Below are positions 1 through 9,561 of a DNA stretch of 64,000 bases, piece after piece. The DNA is taken from positions 1,914 to 65,913 of the forward strand of contig JBHIFI010000002.1 of the NCBI GenBank assembly GCA_046761005.1, in the 5' to 3' direction. Below the pieces are notes generated by a model. That model was not told the DNA's origin. It worked only from the letters and a program-made list of their open reading frames with translations, and did not search any database. The stretch comes from Thermoplasmata archaeon. Lineage in GTDB: Archaea > Thermoplasmatota > Thermoplasmata > RBG-16-68-12 > JAGMCJ01. How positions within the stretch are numbered: the stretch's first letter is position 1; each line of letters starts with the position of its first letter. Both the position numbers and the translations under genes were made by a program.

Positions 1-331
1 GACCAGAAATGACTCCAATCCCGTTTCGCAGTGCCTCTTTTATGGTGGGCCTGAACTCGCTCGGAAGAAAGCCGCCAATCGTAGCGACCCCTATTATCAA
101 CCAGTCTGGCTCCTTTCCCGCTTCAAGAGCATCTTTTAGTGAGGAATGAACATCTATACCTTTCGGTTTTCCATCCAAAACTACACCGGCATCCTCTCCG
201 GCATGACTGCTGTCTATCACTCCAATTATCTTGTACTTCTTGGAAAATCTCACAAGACCGTTTGCTGTTTTGCCCACGTTTTGACCGAAGCCTTCTTCGC
301 AGAGTATTATCGCTGTTTCCATCGCCATCAT
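1..331 (-). CDS. DUF1611-like (Rossmann/CoA-binding-type N-terminal domain) protein, 5' portion only; gene continues past the window start
   Basis: The minus-strand frame is open from ATG (reverse complement of 329-331) down to position 1. Translation MMAMETAIILCEEGFGQNVGKTANGLVRFSKKYKIIGVIDSSHAGEDAGVVLDGKP... resembles N-termini of DUF1611-family proteins. It is absent from the ORF track because the window edge truncates it. Divergent TATA-like boxes lie at 361-384. Confidence 0.5.
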   Translation of the reverse strand, partial: MMAMETAIILCEEGFGQNVGKTANGLVRFSKKYKIIGVIDSSHAGEDAGVVLDGKPKGIDVHSSLKDALEAGKEPDWLIIGVATIGGFLPSEFRPTIKEALRNGIGVISG

Positions 332-387
332 CGCTGGTTGGCTCAATAATGAGAGCGATAGATATTTAAGAAGCTATTTATAACTGC

Positions 388-1122
388 GTGGCGATTGAAG
401 TCAAAAGGGGGAGAATCAACAGCGTGTCCGCTAGTCGTAGGTTGAAGGTTGAAAGCAATCGCGCCGTCTCCTTGGGGAATGAGCTCTTTGCAAGAGGTCA
501 ATACGGAAAAGCGATGAAGGAATTCAACAGGGCTCTGAAGGCCAATCCAAAGAACGCCGTGGCATGGAATAACCGGGGAATCATACTCTGGAGAGCAGGA
601 AAACATCTCGAATCCATTCAATGTTTCAATAAGGCGATAAAGATTCATCCTAACTATTCCGATGCCTGGATGAACAAGGGTCTTGCGCTTTCCAAGATCG
701 CCAAGTATCAGAGAGCAATGAGATGTTATGACAGAGCCATGGAGATTGACCCTAATCATGAGATTGCCTGGAACAACAAAGGAAACATGCTGGCTAGGAG
801 AGGGAAATACAACGAAGCGCTGAAATGCTTTGACAAAGCACTCGACATAGACAGTGAGTACGTAGCGGCCTGGAACAATAGAGGCGCCACACTACTCAAG
901 GTAGGCAAATATCACGAGGCCCTGAGATGCTTCAATAGGGTTTTGAGAAGGCGGCCGAACTTCGCTGAAGTTTGGCTCCAAAAAGGCAGGGCTCTCATGC
1001 AACTTGGCCGTCCCAGGCACGCGATAATCTGTTTCGAGAAGGCTCTCTACTACCGAGAAACGTATCCCGCGGCTGAGAGGGCGCTGAAGGAGGCAATAGA
1101 AGCAAAGGAGGCAGTCGAATAG
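388..1122 (+). CDS. TPR-repeat protein (about 6 tandem TPR units); probably the N-terminal part of the downstream gene
   Basis: Repeated 34-aa TPR pattern (AWNNRGIILWRAGK..., AWMNKGLALSK..., AWNNKGNMLARRGK..., AWNNRGATLLKVGK..., VWLQKGRALMQLGR...). The GTG at 388 sits only about 4 nt after TATTTATAA (376-384), so the true start may be internal (for example GTG 424). The stop at 1120-1122 overlaps an open downstream frame (see findings). Confidence 0.7.
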   Translation: MAIEVKRGRINSVSASRRLKVESNRAVSLGNELFARGQYGKAMKEFNRALKANPKNAVAWNNRGIILWRAGKHLESIQCFNKAIKIHPNYSDAWMNKGLALSKIAKYQRAMRCYDRAMEIDPNHEIAWNNKGNMLARRGKYNEALKCFDKALDIDSEYVAAWNNRGATLLKVGKYHEALRCFNRVLRRRPNFAEVWLQKGRALMQLGRPRHAIICFEKALYYRETYPAAERALKEAIEAKEAVE

Positions 1123-1586
1123 TCGAGATAGAGCAGGACAGGTGCTCCCTGTGTGGGGCAACGATTCAACCCTATCTCAGATGCTCTCAGTGTGGATTCA
1201 CGTTAAGGAGAGACATCGAAGATCTAGTCGGGCCTTCCGAGACATGCCAGAGATGTAACCAAAGAGCTCGGATACAGTTCATTTGCTCCTCTTGCGGCTC
1301 GAAGTTCAGCTATAGTACGATAGTAAAAGAAGAGATTCAAGTCTGTCCTCTCTGTGGCTCCGAAGTCGAGAAGGGGGCGAAACAGTGCTCCTCTTGCGGA
1401 GCGATTCTCGTCAAGGAGAAGAAACCCAAGGAGATCATAATCGAGAAGACAAGGGAAAAGAGGAAGATTCTTGGAAGGATCTATGATGGGGATATCAAGG
1501 GGCTCAAAACCAGGCTCAAGATAGACGAGGATACCGCTGAGCTACTCTGTGGGAATGGGTACAATTCAGTTTGGAAGCTCAAACGT
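1077..1586 (+). other. Coding-like 5' extension of ORF 1587..5192: an array of about five CxxC...CxxC zinc ribbons with no in-frame ATG/GTG/TTG
   Basis: The frame of 1587..5192 is open back to the TGA at 1074-1076. It translates to ...DRCSLCGATIQPYLRCSQCGF...CQRCNQRARIQFICSSCGSKF...CPLCGSEVEKGAKQCSSCGAIL.... No canonical start codon occurs in these 170 codons. Confidence 0.6.
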
Positions 1587-4500
1587 GTGACTATATCCGA
1601 GCTGATGAAAACAGGACTCAGTAGGTCCGATGCGAGAAAGATAAAGGCGGCTGCGAAGAAGGTGCCAACCAAGCTGGCAGACGTGAAGAAGCGGATGGAG
1701 GAGATAGTTGAGCGGGAGTATGAGTGTCCCGTATGTTCCATGGTCGTGAGCGGTTTCGACGATTTCTGCTACAGCTGTGGGACACTCTTCATTACCGAGG
1801 TTGACGAGCGTATCATTCCCTATGATATCAGTAGGATAAGGGAGGGCATATCCACGCTCGCTTTCTTCGACGATAAGCTCCTCGCATATCCCGAAGATCC
1901 AATGCTCTGGTTCTCCAGAGGAGTTCTCCTCCGGTCAATGAGGAAGTATGAGAAGGCTCTCGATTCCATTGACAGGGCCCTTGAGCTTAATCCGTTTCTG
2001 AGGAATGCCTGGGTAATCAAGGCCGATATTCTCACAAAGATGAGAAGGTTCGACGAGGCGGCCTTCTGCTACAAGAAAGGAGTGGAGGAAGAGATTGGCA
2101 TAACCGATGAGGAACTTCGGGAGAGGAGGGAAGAGTTGAGAAGGTTCCTCAGCAGACTCAGCGAGGAAAGATGTCCTAATTGCGGTGCCACAGTTTTCGT
2201 TGGAACTGAAGTCTGTCCACTGTGCGGACAATCTCTCATCGAAGTTGAGAAGCTAGAGGTTCCAGAAGAGGAACTTCCCAAACTCCTTCCGCTCGAATAT
2301 AGAAAGGAATTTCCCAGATTGAAGCCTCTTGGCCTTGTCAATGGCCGTGGCCTCGTTAACGGAAGGGGGAAGGTAAACGGCCTAATCAATGGGAATGGTC
2401 TGATAAACGGTAGCGGCCTCACGAATCTCAGGGTGCTGAAACCTAGACCCGTCGTTTCCAGACTTTCTGCCATTGGAATCGCAGTCGTTATCCTACTCTC
2501 CGTTATATGGATGATGTATCCGGTTGAAAAGGTCGAAGTTGGAATAACCATAGATGGCAGTTTCGAGGACTGGTCTGGCGTTCGCTCATTCTCTGATCCA
2601 TTTCAGTCAGTGACGAATCCGAACATTAACATGTCCAAATACGCCATCGATCTTGAGGACGGAGTTCTCTCCTACCTCATCGAAGTTGAAGGCCTGCCTT
2701 TCCTTGATCCTTCAATCCCAGATTCATTCTTCGTTTTCATCGACAGTGATGCCAATCCTCAGACAGGCTACATCCTGCCAGAGCTTGGCGCAGACTACAT
2801 GGTAGACCTCTCAGGTTACAACGGCTCGCTCACGATGCACCGCCTCCTCAAGTTCAATATATCCCGCGAAAGGAATGATTGGGCTGGTTGGATCGGTGTG
2901 GGCGGTGCAAGAGCCGCCTTCAGAGATAACCGAATCGAACTCCAACTCAGCGGCCTAGTAATTGGCAACCTTTCCGACGACTTCCGCACCGTCCTATATG
3001 CAGATGACAACTCCGGAAATCTCACACATTCCTCGATAACCTTCGGAATGAGGGACAATCCCTCCCTTCTTGTCGTCCAGAGGGGATCTTCTGACGATGT
3101 AATCCCCCTGAGCCCAGAGGTTTCCGTTTTGAGGGTGGAACTCAAAGCAATTGAGAAGACAAGAGTGGGATCGATATCTCTCAGGGACTCCTTTTCAAAT
3201 CCCTATGAGTCAGTTTTGGAAACATCCCTTAATCTTGACAGTGGTGACAGACGCTCAATAAATGTTCCTGTGAATACTACACTTCTCGCTTCCCGTGTGG
3301 GCGAGCTTGTCACATTCTCTGTCTCAGGGCTTAGCGACAATCGTGGGAATGCAATCAAGTTCGACCTAACGGGTCGGCCCACCGTATGCTATATTGGCAA
3401 TCCACCCGCCGAAGAATTGATCGACGGGTGGTTCGGAAGTTGGAAAAACAAGACTCTAAGAGCGGATACCGATATGGTTGCGCCTAGGAACAGAAATCTA
3501 AACATTGAGAACTATTTTGCATTTCATAATCAGTCTGATAATTTTGCTTATTTCTACTTCAACGTCGAAGGAGAGGTCCTTGCAGGATTCGCCATTCCAC
3601 AGGTGAAAAAGAAGATAGTTCCCGCCGCACCGACGATTCCAGGGCCTCCTGGGATTCCCCCGCCGAACATGGGCGAAGACATAGCTAGAATCTATTTGGA
3701 CTCCAACTCCTCTATCCCATCTGAGTGTTTCATACACGAGATATATGCAGATGCACTGATTGACATCCGTGGGAAGTATGGGGAGATTACAAACCACACG
3801 GTTTATACGTGTCAGGGAGGTCTCTGGAGGCCCATCGATGATGCTGACTCTTACTCTGCGAACGATGAAACGCAAGTGGAAATCTCCTTGAGCCTTGCAT
3901 ACACACCCGATATAAGCAACACGAAGATATTTTTCACAATGACAGATTGGAAGAAAGATGTGGACAATGCAACCCTTGAGACGTCATGGGGGACTAAGAG
4001 CAGGACAAGAGCAATCTACACAATCGAGAGTACAACGAACTCGTTGACAACTACTGCGTTTTCCACGCAGAGGAAGCTTTTCTATGACGGAACGAACTTT
4101 TGGGCGATTTACTATGACGGAGGAGAAGGTGATACGCGCTATGAGTGGAGCGAGGACGGCGAAAGCTGGGATAATATCGCCTATAGCGTGTTCACTACCT
4201 CAGGAGTGATACACTCCTCGCTTTGGTATGATTACTCAAACCAGATCGTATATGTCGTCGGAGATGATTCTGCTTCTGACACTTCCGTGTTAGTGAGAAG
4301 GGGGACGGTATCACCCGGCACGAAAACGATCTCCTGGGGAACCGAGCAAACTGTTGTTATCTCAGCACTCGGTCTGCCAGCTAAGGTTCCCTTCATATGC
4401 AAGGTAGCTGATGAAAGGCTCTGGATTATTTCCAACACGAATGAGTCAGGGATACCCCCATTCAATGTCGCCGCCCGAAGGTCTACCAGTCCAGATGACA

Positions 4501-5192
4501 TACAAGAATGGGACGAGAGAACGGTTCTTAGAGACAGCGCGGTCGACGATAACTGGGTCTATCCAATAATATTGCCATTGTCTTCGAATGCCGAAGATGC
4601 GGATGCCTATGCGCTCTGGTACGCAGACGGGAATATAGAGGGAAAGAAATGGGAGAACAGCTCGAGTTCCTGGGAAAGCCAGGAGGACATTACAACGACG
4701 ACCGGTGATGTGGACTACAAGTCTCCATCTGCTGTTGTCGATGCGGATAATCAGGTTCATCTGATATATAGCGATTTGAGCGGTTACATGAGCTATATGT
4801 ACAGGGAGATCACGGGAACCTGGCAGACGGGACCGCAAATCGAAGGTACCGAAGCGGACAACCGGTATCCAACATTGACTCTACTGAATTCAACAGACCC
4901 AGAACAGCTCTATTCCTTCTATATAAGAAGCAATCAGATTTACTGCAAATACATGAGCATTGGCGGAGCGGAATGGTCATCAATAACTCTCACACAGAAC
5001 ACAGATACGAAGACGAATCTCACTTCAATATACTCTGTCTCATCGACAAGTCGTATTTCTTGGGAATGGCTCAACATTACTGGGTCCAATTACAATATCG
5101 ACTTTGAGAGGATCCCCGAGTTCCAAGACATCCTTGCACCCATTACTTTCGCCCTCCTGATACCCATAATTTTAAGGCGGAGAAAGAAGTAG
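1587..5192 (+). CDS. Large two-TM membrane protein with cytoplasmic TPR and zinc ribbons, an NG-repeat linker, a TM helix, an ~850-aa extracellular BNR/Asp-box beta-propeller-like region, and a C-terminal TM anchor with RRRKK tail
   Basis: The ORF track starts at GTG 1587. Elements seen: zinc ribbons CPVCS..CYSCG and CPNCG..CPLCG; TPR motifs at about residues 90-170; (L/I)VNG(R/N)G repeats at nt 2335-2430; TM helix AIGIAVVILLSVIWMMY (about 2464-2520); Asp-box motif WSEDGESWDN and related BNR-like S-x-D/G-x-T-W stretches; many N-x-S/T sequons; C-terminus IPEFQDILAPITFALLIPIILRRRKK. Confidence 0.75.
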   Translation: MTISELMKTGLSRSDARKIKAAAKKVPTKLADVKKRMEEIVEREYECPVCSMVVSGFDDFCYSCGTLFITEVDERIIPYDISRIREGISTLAFFDDKLLAYPEDPMLWFSRGVLLRSMRKYEKALDSIDRALELNPFLRNAWVIKADILTKMRRFDEAAFCYKKGVEEEIGITDEELRERREELRRFLSRLSEERCPNCGATVFVGTEVCPLCGQSLIEVEKLEVPEEELPKLLPLEYRKEFPRLKPLGLVNGRGLVNGRGKVNGLINGNGLINGSGLTNLRVLKPRPVVSRLSAIGIAVVILLSVIWMMYPVEKVEVGITIDGSFEDWSGVRSFSDPFQSVTNPNINMSKYAIDLEDGVLSYLIEVEGLPFLDPSIPDSFFVFIDSDANPQTGYILPELGADYMVDLSGYNGSLTMHRLLKFNISRERNDWAGWIGVGGARAAFRDNRIELQLSGLVIGNLSDDFRTVLYADDNSGNLTHSSITFGMRDNPSLLVVQRGSSDDVIPLSPEVSVLRVELKAIEKTRVGSISLRDSFSNPYESVLETSLNLDSGDRRSINVPVNTTLLASRVGELVTFSVSGLSDNRGNAIKFDLTGRPTVCYIGNPPAEELIDGWFGSWKNKTLRADTDMVAPRNRNLNIENYFAFHNQSDNFAYFYFNVEGEVLAGFAIPQVKKKIVPAAPTIPGPPGIPPPNMGEDIARIYLDSNSSIPSECFIHEIYADALIDIRGKYGEITNHTVYTCQGGLWRPIDDADSYSANDETQVEISLSLAYTPDISNTKIFFTMTDWKKDVDNATLETSWGTKSRTRAIYTIESTTNSLTTTAFSTQRKLFYDGTNFWAIYYDGGEGDTRYEWSEDGESWDNIAYSVFTTSGVIHSSLWYDYSNQIVYVVGDDSASDTSVLVRRGTVSPGTKTISWGTEQTVVISALGLPAKVPFICKVADERLWIISNTNESGIPPFNVAARRSTSPDDIQEWDERTVLRDSAVDDNWVYPIILPLSSNAEDADAYALWYADGNIEGKKWENSSSSWESQEDITTTTGDVDYKSPSAVVDADNQVHLIYSDLSGYMSYMYREITGTWQTGPQIEGTEADNRYPTLTLLNSTDPEQLYSFYIRSNQIYCKYMSIGGAEWSSITLTQNTDTKTNLTSIYSVSSTSRISWEWLNITGSNYNIDFERIPEFQDILAPITFALLIPIILRRRKK

Positions 5193-5197
5193 CGATA

Positions 5198-6394
5198 ATG
5201 CTAATGGAAATGGGCATCGTCGGGAAGCCAAACGTTGGGAAGAGCACCTTCTTTTGCGCAGCCACCCTAGCGCCCGCTGAAATTGCAGAGTATCCCTTTA
5301 CGACAATTGAAGCGAACAGAGGAATCACTTATGTGAGGGCCAAATGTCCTCACACGGAGCTAGGTGTCGAGTGCAATCCTAACAATGCGCCATGTGAGAA
5401 CGGAACCAGGCTTGTGCCAGTAGAAATGCTTGACGTTGCAGGTCTCGTTCCAGACGCTCACAAGGGAAGAGGACTCGGTAACAAGTTCTTGGACGACCTT
5501 AGGCAGGCCAAGGCCCTGATTCATATCGTAGATGCCAGCGGAGGGACGGACCACGAAGGAAACATCGTGGAGCTTGGAAGCCACGACCCTCTGTCGGATG
5601 TACAATTCCTCGATACCGAGATATCCCAATGGATGAAGGGCATTTTGGAGAAAGGATGGAAGAAGGTCGTCAGACAAATTCAATTGGAGGGGCTAAAGCT
5701 CGAGAAAGCAATTCAAGAGAGAATGACTGGCCTTGGATTCACTGATTCGATGGTTCTAGAAGCACTCAGGCAGACGGAGATAAATGAGAAGCCAATGAAC
5801 TGGTCAGAGGACGATGTGCTGCGGCTTGCGGATAGTCTGCGCAGGGTTGGCAAGCCCATGATAATTGCAGCAAACAAATGTGATATCACCCCAGATGAGA
5901 ACATAAGAAGACTGACGTCCTTGAAGGAAAAGATCGTGGTTCCGACGTCTGCAGAATCGGAGCTTGCGCTTCGGCGTGCAGCAAAGTCTAACCTCATATC
6001 ATACAATGTAGGGGACGATCATTTTGAGATTCTGGATGAGAGCAAGCTAAACGAGAAGCAGTTGAAGGGACTGAGATTCGTGAGCAATGTTCTGAAGAGA
6101 TTCGGAAACACCGGAATCCAGAAATGTGTAGAGGATGCCATTTTCAATCTTTTGAACATGATTGTCGTATATCCCGTTGAGGATGAGAACAAGTGGACCG
6201 ATAAGGACGGAAGAGTACTACCAGACGCCTACCTTCTCCCCAGGGGTAGCAATGCAAAGGATTTAGCCTACGAGGTGCATACCGAACTAGGAGACAACTT
6301 CATTCGTGCAATCGATGGTAGAACCAAGAGGGTCGTTGGTGCCGATCACGAGCTGAAGGATGAAGACATCATGACTATAGTGGCAAGGGCGTAA
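5198..6394 (+). CDS. Obg-like GTPase (YchF/OLA1/Ygr210-type) with C-terminal TGS domain
   Basis: G1 motif GKPNVGKST, G2 YPFTTIEANRG, G3 DVAGLV, G4 NKCD. The C-terminal ~75 aa (VVYPVEDE...RVVGADHELKDEDIMTIVA) look like a TGS domain. ATG 5198 lies 5 nt after the upstream stop. Confidence 0.75.
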   Translation: MLMEMGIVGKPNVGKSTFFCAATLAPAEIAEYPFTTIEANRGITYVRAKCPHTELGVECNPNNAPCENGTRLVPVEMLDVAGLVPDAHKGRGLGNKFLDDLRQAKALIHIVDASGGTDHEGNIVELGSHDPLSDVQFLDTEISQWMKGILEKGWKKVVRQIQLEGLKLEKAIQERMTGLGFTDSMVLEALRQTEINEKPMNWSEDDVLRLADSLRRVGKPMIIAANKCDITPDENIRRLTSLKEKIVVPTSAESELALRRAAKSNLISYNVGDDHFEILDESKLNEKQLKGLRFVSNVLKRFGNTGIQKCVEDAIFNLLNMIVVYPVEDENKWTDKDGRVLPDAYLLPRGSNAKDLAYEVHTELGDNFIRAIDGRTKRVVGADHELKDEDIMTIVARA

Positions 6395-6395
6395 G

Positions 6396-8765
6396 ATGGG
6401 AAGTTGGGATGTCAGATTGCTCAATGCCTCATACAAAGAGGAAAGCAAGGGTGTAGTCGTCGAACTCTTCGGCAAGACTCGTGATGATAGGTCCATCTCC
6501 ATAAGGTATGAGGGCTTCTATCCTTACTTCTATGTAGTCGACCCGCCCAAGATTCTTATAGATACGTTTGAGCATGACTCAGAGGTCAAAGAGATGCAAA
6601 GTGTCCAGCTCTGGGCGGATGGCGAGATGAGGAACTGCAAGCAGGTAATCCTGCATCATCCTTGGAAAACACCTGAGTATAGGGCACGTGCCAAGAGGTA
6701 TTGTGGTATTCTAGCCGCCGACATACCGTTTGCACTCCGCTTCATCTTTGACAAAGACCTGGGGTCATGTGTCAGGGTCGTGGGAGAAGAGGTGGAGGGT
6801 CCCTACAGCACAGAACTCGCTGTCAAGGCAGAGGGGTTTGAGCAGATAGAACCCTTCAATCCTTGGCTGAAGATCATGAGCTTTGACATTGAGAATAGCA
6901 TCAAGGATGGGAAAATATTCACGATATGTTGCGTCACAAGGGAGAACGGAGAGCTCCAAGATAAGTGCTTTGAGGGTTCAGAAAGGGAGATCATAGAGGG
7001 CTTCGTAGACTATGTAAAGGAAAAGGACCCTGACGTGATCACCGGATACAACATAGATGGATATGATATTCCCCTTCTTCGTGACAGGGCCAGAAAGAAC
7101 GCTATTCCCGAACTCTACCTTTCAAGAAACGATGTCCCCCTGCGGGAAGGTGGGGCGAGATTCTGGAGAATCTATGGGAGGATAGTCGCAGATGCATGGT
7201 GGAACGCCAAGAGAGAGCTCAGGCCGAAGCAAGAAACGCTGGATCACGTTGCAAGACTCGTTCTCGGCGAAGGCAAGAGGGACGTTGATCCAAGCAAGAT
7301 AGATGAGGAATGGGAGAAGGACAAAGAGAAGGTGATGAGATACTGCAAGAAGGATGCCCAGCTCGCATTGAGAATTCTGGAAAGCATTGGAGTTCTAGAG
7401 AAATCGATGGATTTGGCTATCGTTTCAAAGCTTCCAGTTGACTATGTTCTGAATGGCAGGACATCCACACTGATAGACTCCATACTCATCAGGACAGCCG
7501 ACCGCGCAAATGTCGGGGTCCCAATGACCCGCACAGGCCGCAGGGGCGAGTCCATAGAGGGAGGTTACGTTCACACTATTCCTTCTGGGCTCTACCATTG
7601 GGTCTGCGTTCTTGATTTCAAGGCGATGTATCCAAATCTCATAATCGCGAACAACATCTGTTTCACGACCCTTTCAGATGAGGGAACCATTTCCAGTCCT
7701 ACGGGGGCGAAATTCCTGAGCAAGGATGAAAAACTGGGGCTTCTGCCAAACATACTGAGTAACCTGATGAAGCAACGTGATGAGGCAAAGGCCCAGATGA
7801 GGGAGGCAGAGGGAGACAAAAGGAAGTACTATGACGGACTGCAGGATGCCATCAAGATATTGATGAACGCCTTCTACGGTGTCTTCGCCTCGAGCTTCTA
7901 CAGATTTACCAATCCCAAAATCGGAGCAACAATAACTGCAATCGCTAGAGAAAATACGAAAAGCGTTATCTCCCAACTAGAGGACGAGGGTCTGAGGGTG
8001 ATATACGGTGATACCGACAGCGTCTTTTTCCAATCACCTGAGGAAGGTGTGGATTCGTCCGTCAGAATCGGAGAGGGAATCGCGGAAAGATTTTCTAAGG
8101 GCGGGGCAATCCTGGAATTCGAGAAGGTCCTGGAGCCGTTCTTCTCTCACGGAAGGAAGAAGAGATACGTGGGCAAGGTTGTGTGGCCGGAGGAGGATCT
8201 TCTTGTTCGAGGCTATGAGTTGAGGAGAACGGATGCCTTTGATCTCCAGAGCGAAGGGCAGGCGATGCTGTTCGAGAGAATAATGGAAAACGACATAGAC
8301 GGTGCCATTCGCATCGCAAGAGATCTGGTTTCCGATGCTAGAGAGGGAAAGGTTCCTTTCGAGAAACTTGTCATATCCCGCACGGTGCGGGATGAGAAAA
8401 GCTACGTCAGTCCTGATGCACTTCCCAATGTTCAGGCGGCCCGCAAGTTGAGGGAGTGGGGGTATGAGGTCGTTCCCGGAATGAAGGTCTCCTGGATTGT
8501 GACAGATGGGAAGAAGGCTCCACAGCAAATCTCACCCTATGTCAGCGGAAGAGAGTTCGAGGATACGCCAGACTGGAACTACTACGCCCGCAGGTTGGCG
8601 CACACACTCGGCTACGTCACTGAGGTCTTCGGATGGGATGAGAAGAGTCTTTTGGCGGGAAGTCAGCAGGTCACTCTTTTCCACGAGGATTTCGGTACCA
8701 AGAGGAACACTGATGTGAAGGTCAAGAAGACAGAAAAGAAGCTCACTCTGGAAGATTTCATGTGA
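6396..8765 (+). CDS. polB: DNA polymerase, family B (archaeal PolB)
   Basis: Exonuclease motif FDIE (MSFDIENS), polymerase motif A DFKAMYPNLI, motif C YGDTDS (VIYGDTDSVFF), KKRY motif (GRKKRYVGK). 789 aa. Confidence 0.9.
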   Translation: MGSWDVRLLNASYKEESKGVVVELFGKTRDDRSISIRYEGFYPYFYVVDPPKILIDTFEHDSEVKEMQSVQLWADGEMRNCKQVILHHPWKTPEYRARAKRYCGILAADIPFALRFIFDKDLGSCVRVVGEEVEGPYSTELAVKAEGFEQIEPFNPWLKIMSFDIENSIKDGKIFTICCVTRENGELQDKCFEGSEREIIEGFVDYVKEKDPDVITGYNIDGYDIPLLRDRARKNAIPELYLSRNDVPLREGGARFWRIYGRIVADAWWNAKRELRPKQETLDHVARLVLGEGKRDVDPSKIDEEWEKDKEKVMRYCKKDAQLALRILESIGVLEKSMDLAIVSKLPVDYVLNGRTSTLIDSILIRTADRANVGVPMTRTGRRGESIEGGYVHTIPSGLYHWVCVLDFKAMYPNLIIANNICFTTLSDEGTISSPTGAKFLSKDEKLGLLPNILSNLMKQRDEAKAQMREAEGDKRKYYDGLQDAIKILMNAFYGVFASSFYRFTNPKIGATITAIARENTKSVISQLEDEGLRVIYGDTDSVFFQSPEEGVDSSVRIGEGIAERFSKGGAILEFEKVLEPFFSHGRKKRYVGKVVWPEEDLLVRGYELRRTDAFDLQSEGQAMLFERIMENDIDGAIRIARDLVSDAREGKVPFEKLVISRTVRDEKSYVSPDALPNVQAARKLREWGYEVVPGMKVSWIVTDGKKAPQQISPYVSGREFEDTPDWNYYARRLAHTLGYVTEVFGWDEKSLLAGSQQVTLFHEDFGTKRNTDVKVKKTEKKLTLEDFM

Positions 8766-8981
8766 GGCTCTGGAAGGCCAGTCATCATCTCGTTTCAAGA
8801 GAGTTCCATGCTCTACCTACATTCTTTTGGCAAAGCCATTTATATCCGACGAATACTTATGAGGGTCAAGTCGCGAGATCATATCTCGCTGGAGATGTGC
8901 CAAAGGTGAATCCACAAACGCCCGGGAGGGCTGCGAATGAACGAGGAAACAGAAGAGAAGAAATCGACTCGACACAGGAAC

Positions 8982-9560
8982 ATGTATCATTATGTTAGGG
9001 ATGCGTGGAAGAAACCCGATGAGGGATACCTCAAAGAATTACAGTGGCAGAGATTGATTGAGTGGAGGAGAGGGCCCTCGTTCCAGAGGGTTGAGAGACC
9101 CACGAGGATAGACCGCGCTCGAGCACTGGGATACAAGGCGAAGCAGGGCTACGTCATCGTAAGGGCAAGGGTGAGAAGAGGAGGCCTACGAAAACCAACG
9201 ATCAGAGGAGGCCGAAGAGCGAAGAGGAAGGGAATAAAGAAGATAACGATGGCAAAGAGCATTCAGAGAATCGCAGAAGAGAGAACCGCCAAGAGGTACC
9301 CTAACCTGGAGGTTCTCAACTCCTATTGGATTGGTGAGGATGGGAGGCACAAATACTACGAAGTCATACTCGTTGACCCGCATCATCCTGTGATAAAGAA
9401 CGATCCCAAGATTTCCTGGATAGGAGAAGGGTCCCACAAAAGAAGGGTTTATCGGGGACTGACGTCCGCTGGAAAGAAGAGTCGCGGTCTAAGGAAGAAA
9501 GGAAAGGGGGCGGAAAAGGTCCGACCGTCCGCAGGAACTCATGACCGTAAGGGGAAGTAG
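8982..9560 (+). CDS. rpl15e: 50S ribosomal protein L15e
   Basis: [68 protein letters not shown] is typical L15e. I start at the internal ATG 8982 (193 aa) rather than the ORF-track 8937, because L15e normally begins M-x-x-Y-(I/V)-R-(D/E)-A-W. Confidence 0.8.
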   Translation: MYHYVRDAWKKPDEGYLKELQWQRLIEWRRGPSFQRVERPTRIDRARALGYKAKQGYVIVRARVRRGGLRKPTIRGGRRAKRKGIKKITMAKSIQRIAEERTAKRYPNLEVLNSYWIGEDGRHKYYEVILVDPHHPVIKNDPKISWIGEGSHKRRVYRGLTSAGKKSRGLRKKGKGAEKVRPSAGTHDRKGK

Positions 9561-9561
9561 C

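Noticed and set aside
5115-5192. Firm call of a PEF-CTERM archaeosortase signal on the 1201-aa protein
   Set aside because: The layout fits (PEF, then a hydrophobic helix, then RRRKK), but PEF is separated from the helix by extra residues, and no archaeosortase gene is visible in the window. I keep it only as a tentative note in the findings.
8762-8998. 78-aa ORF overlapping the polB 3' end and running into the L15e leader
   Set aside because: It overlaps a well-supported gene in another frame, the translation is not protein-like, and L15e starts at 8982.
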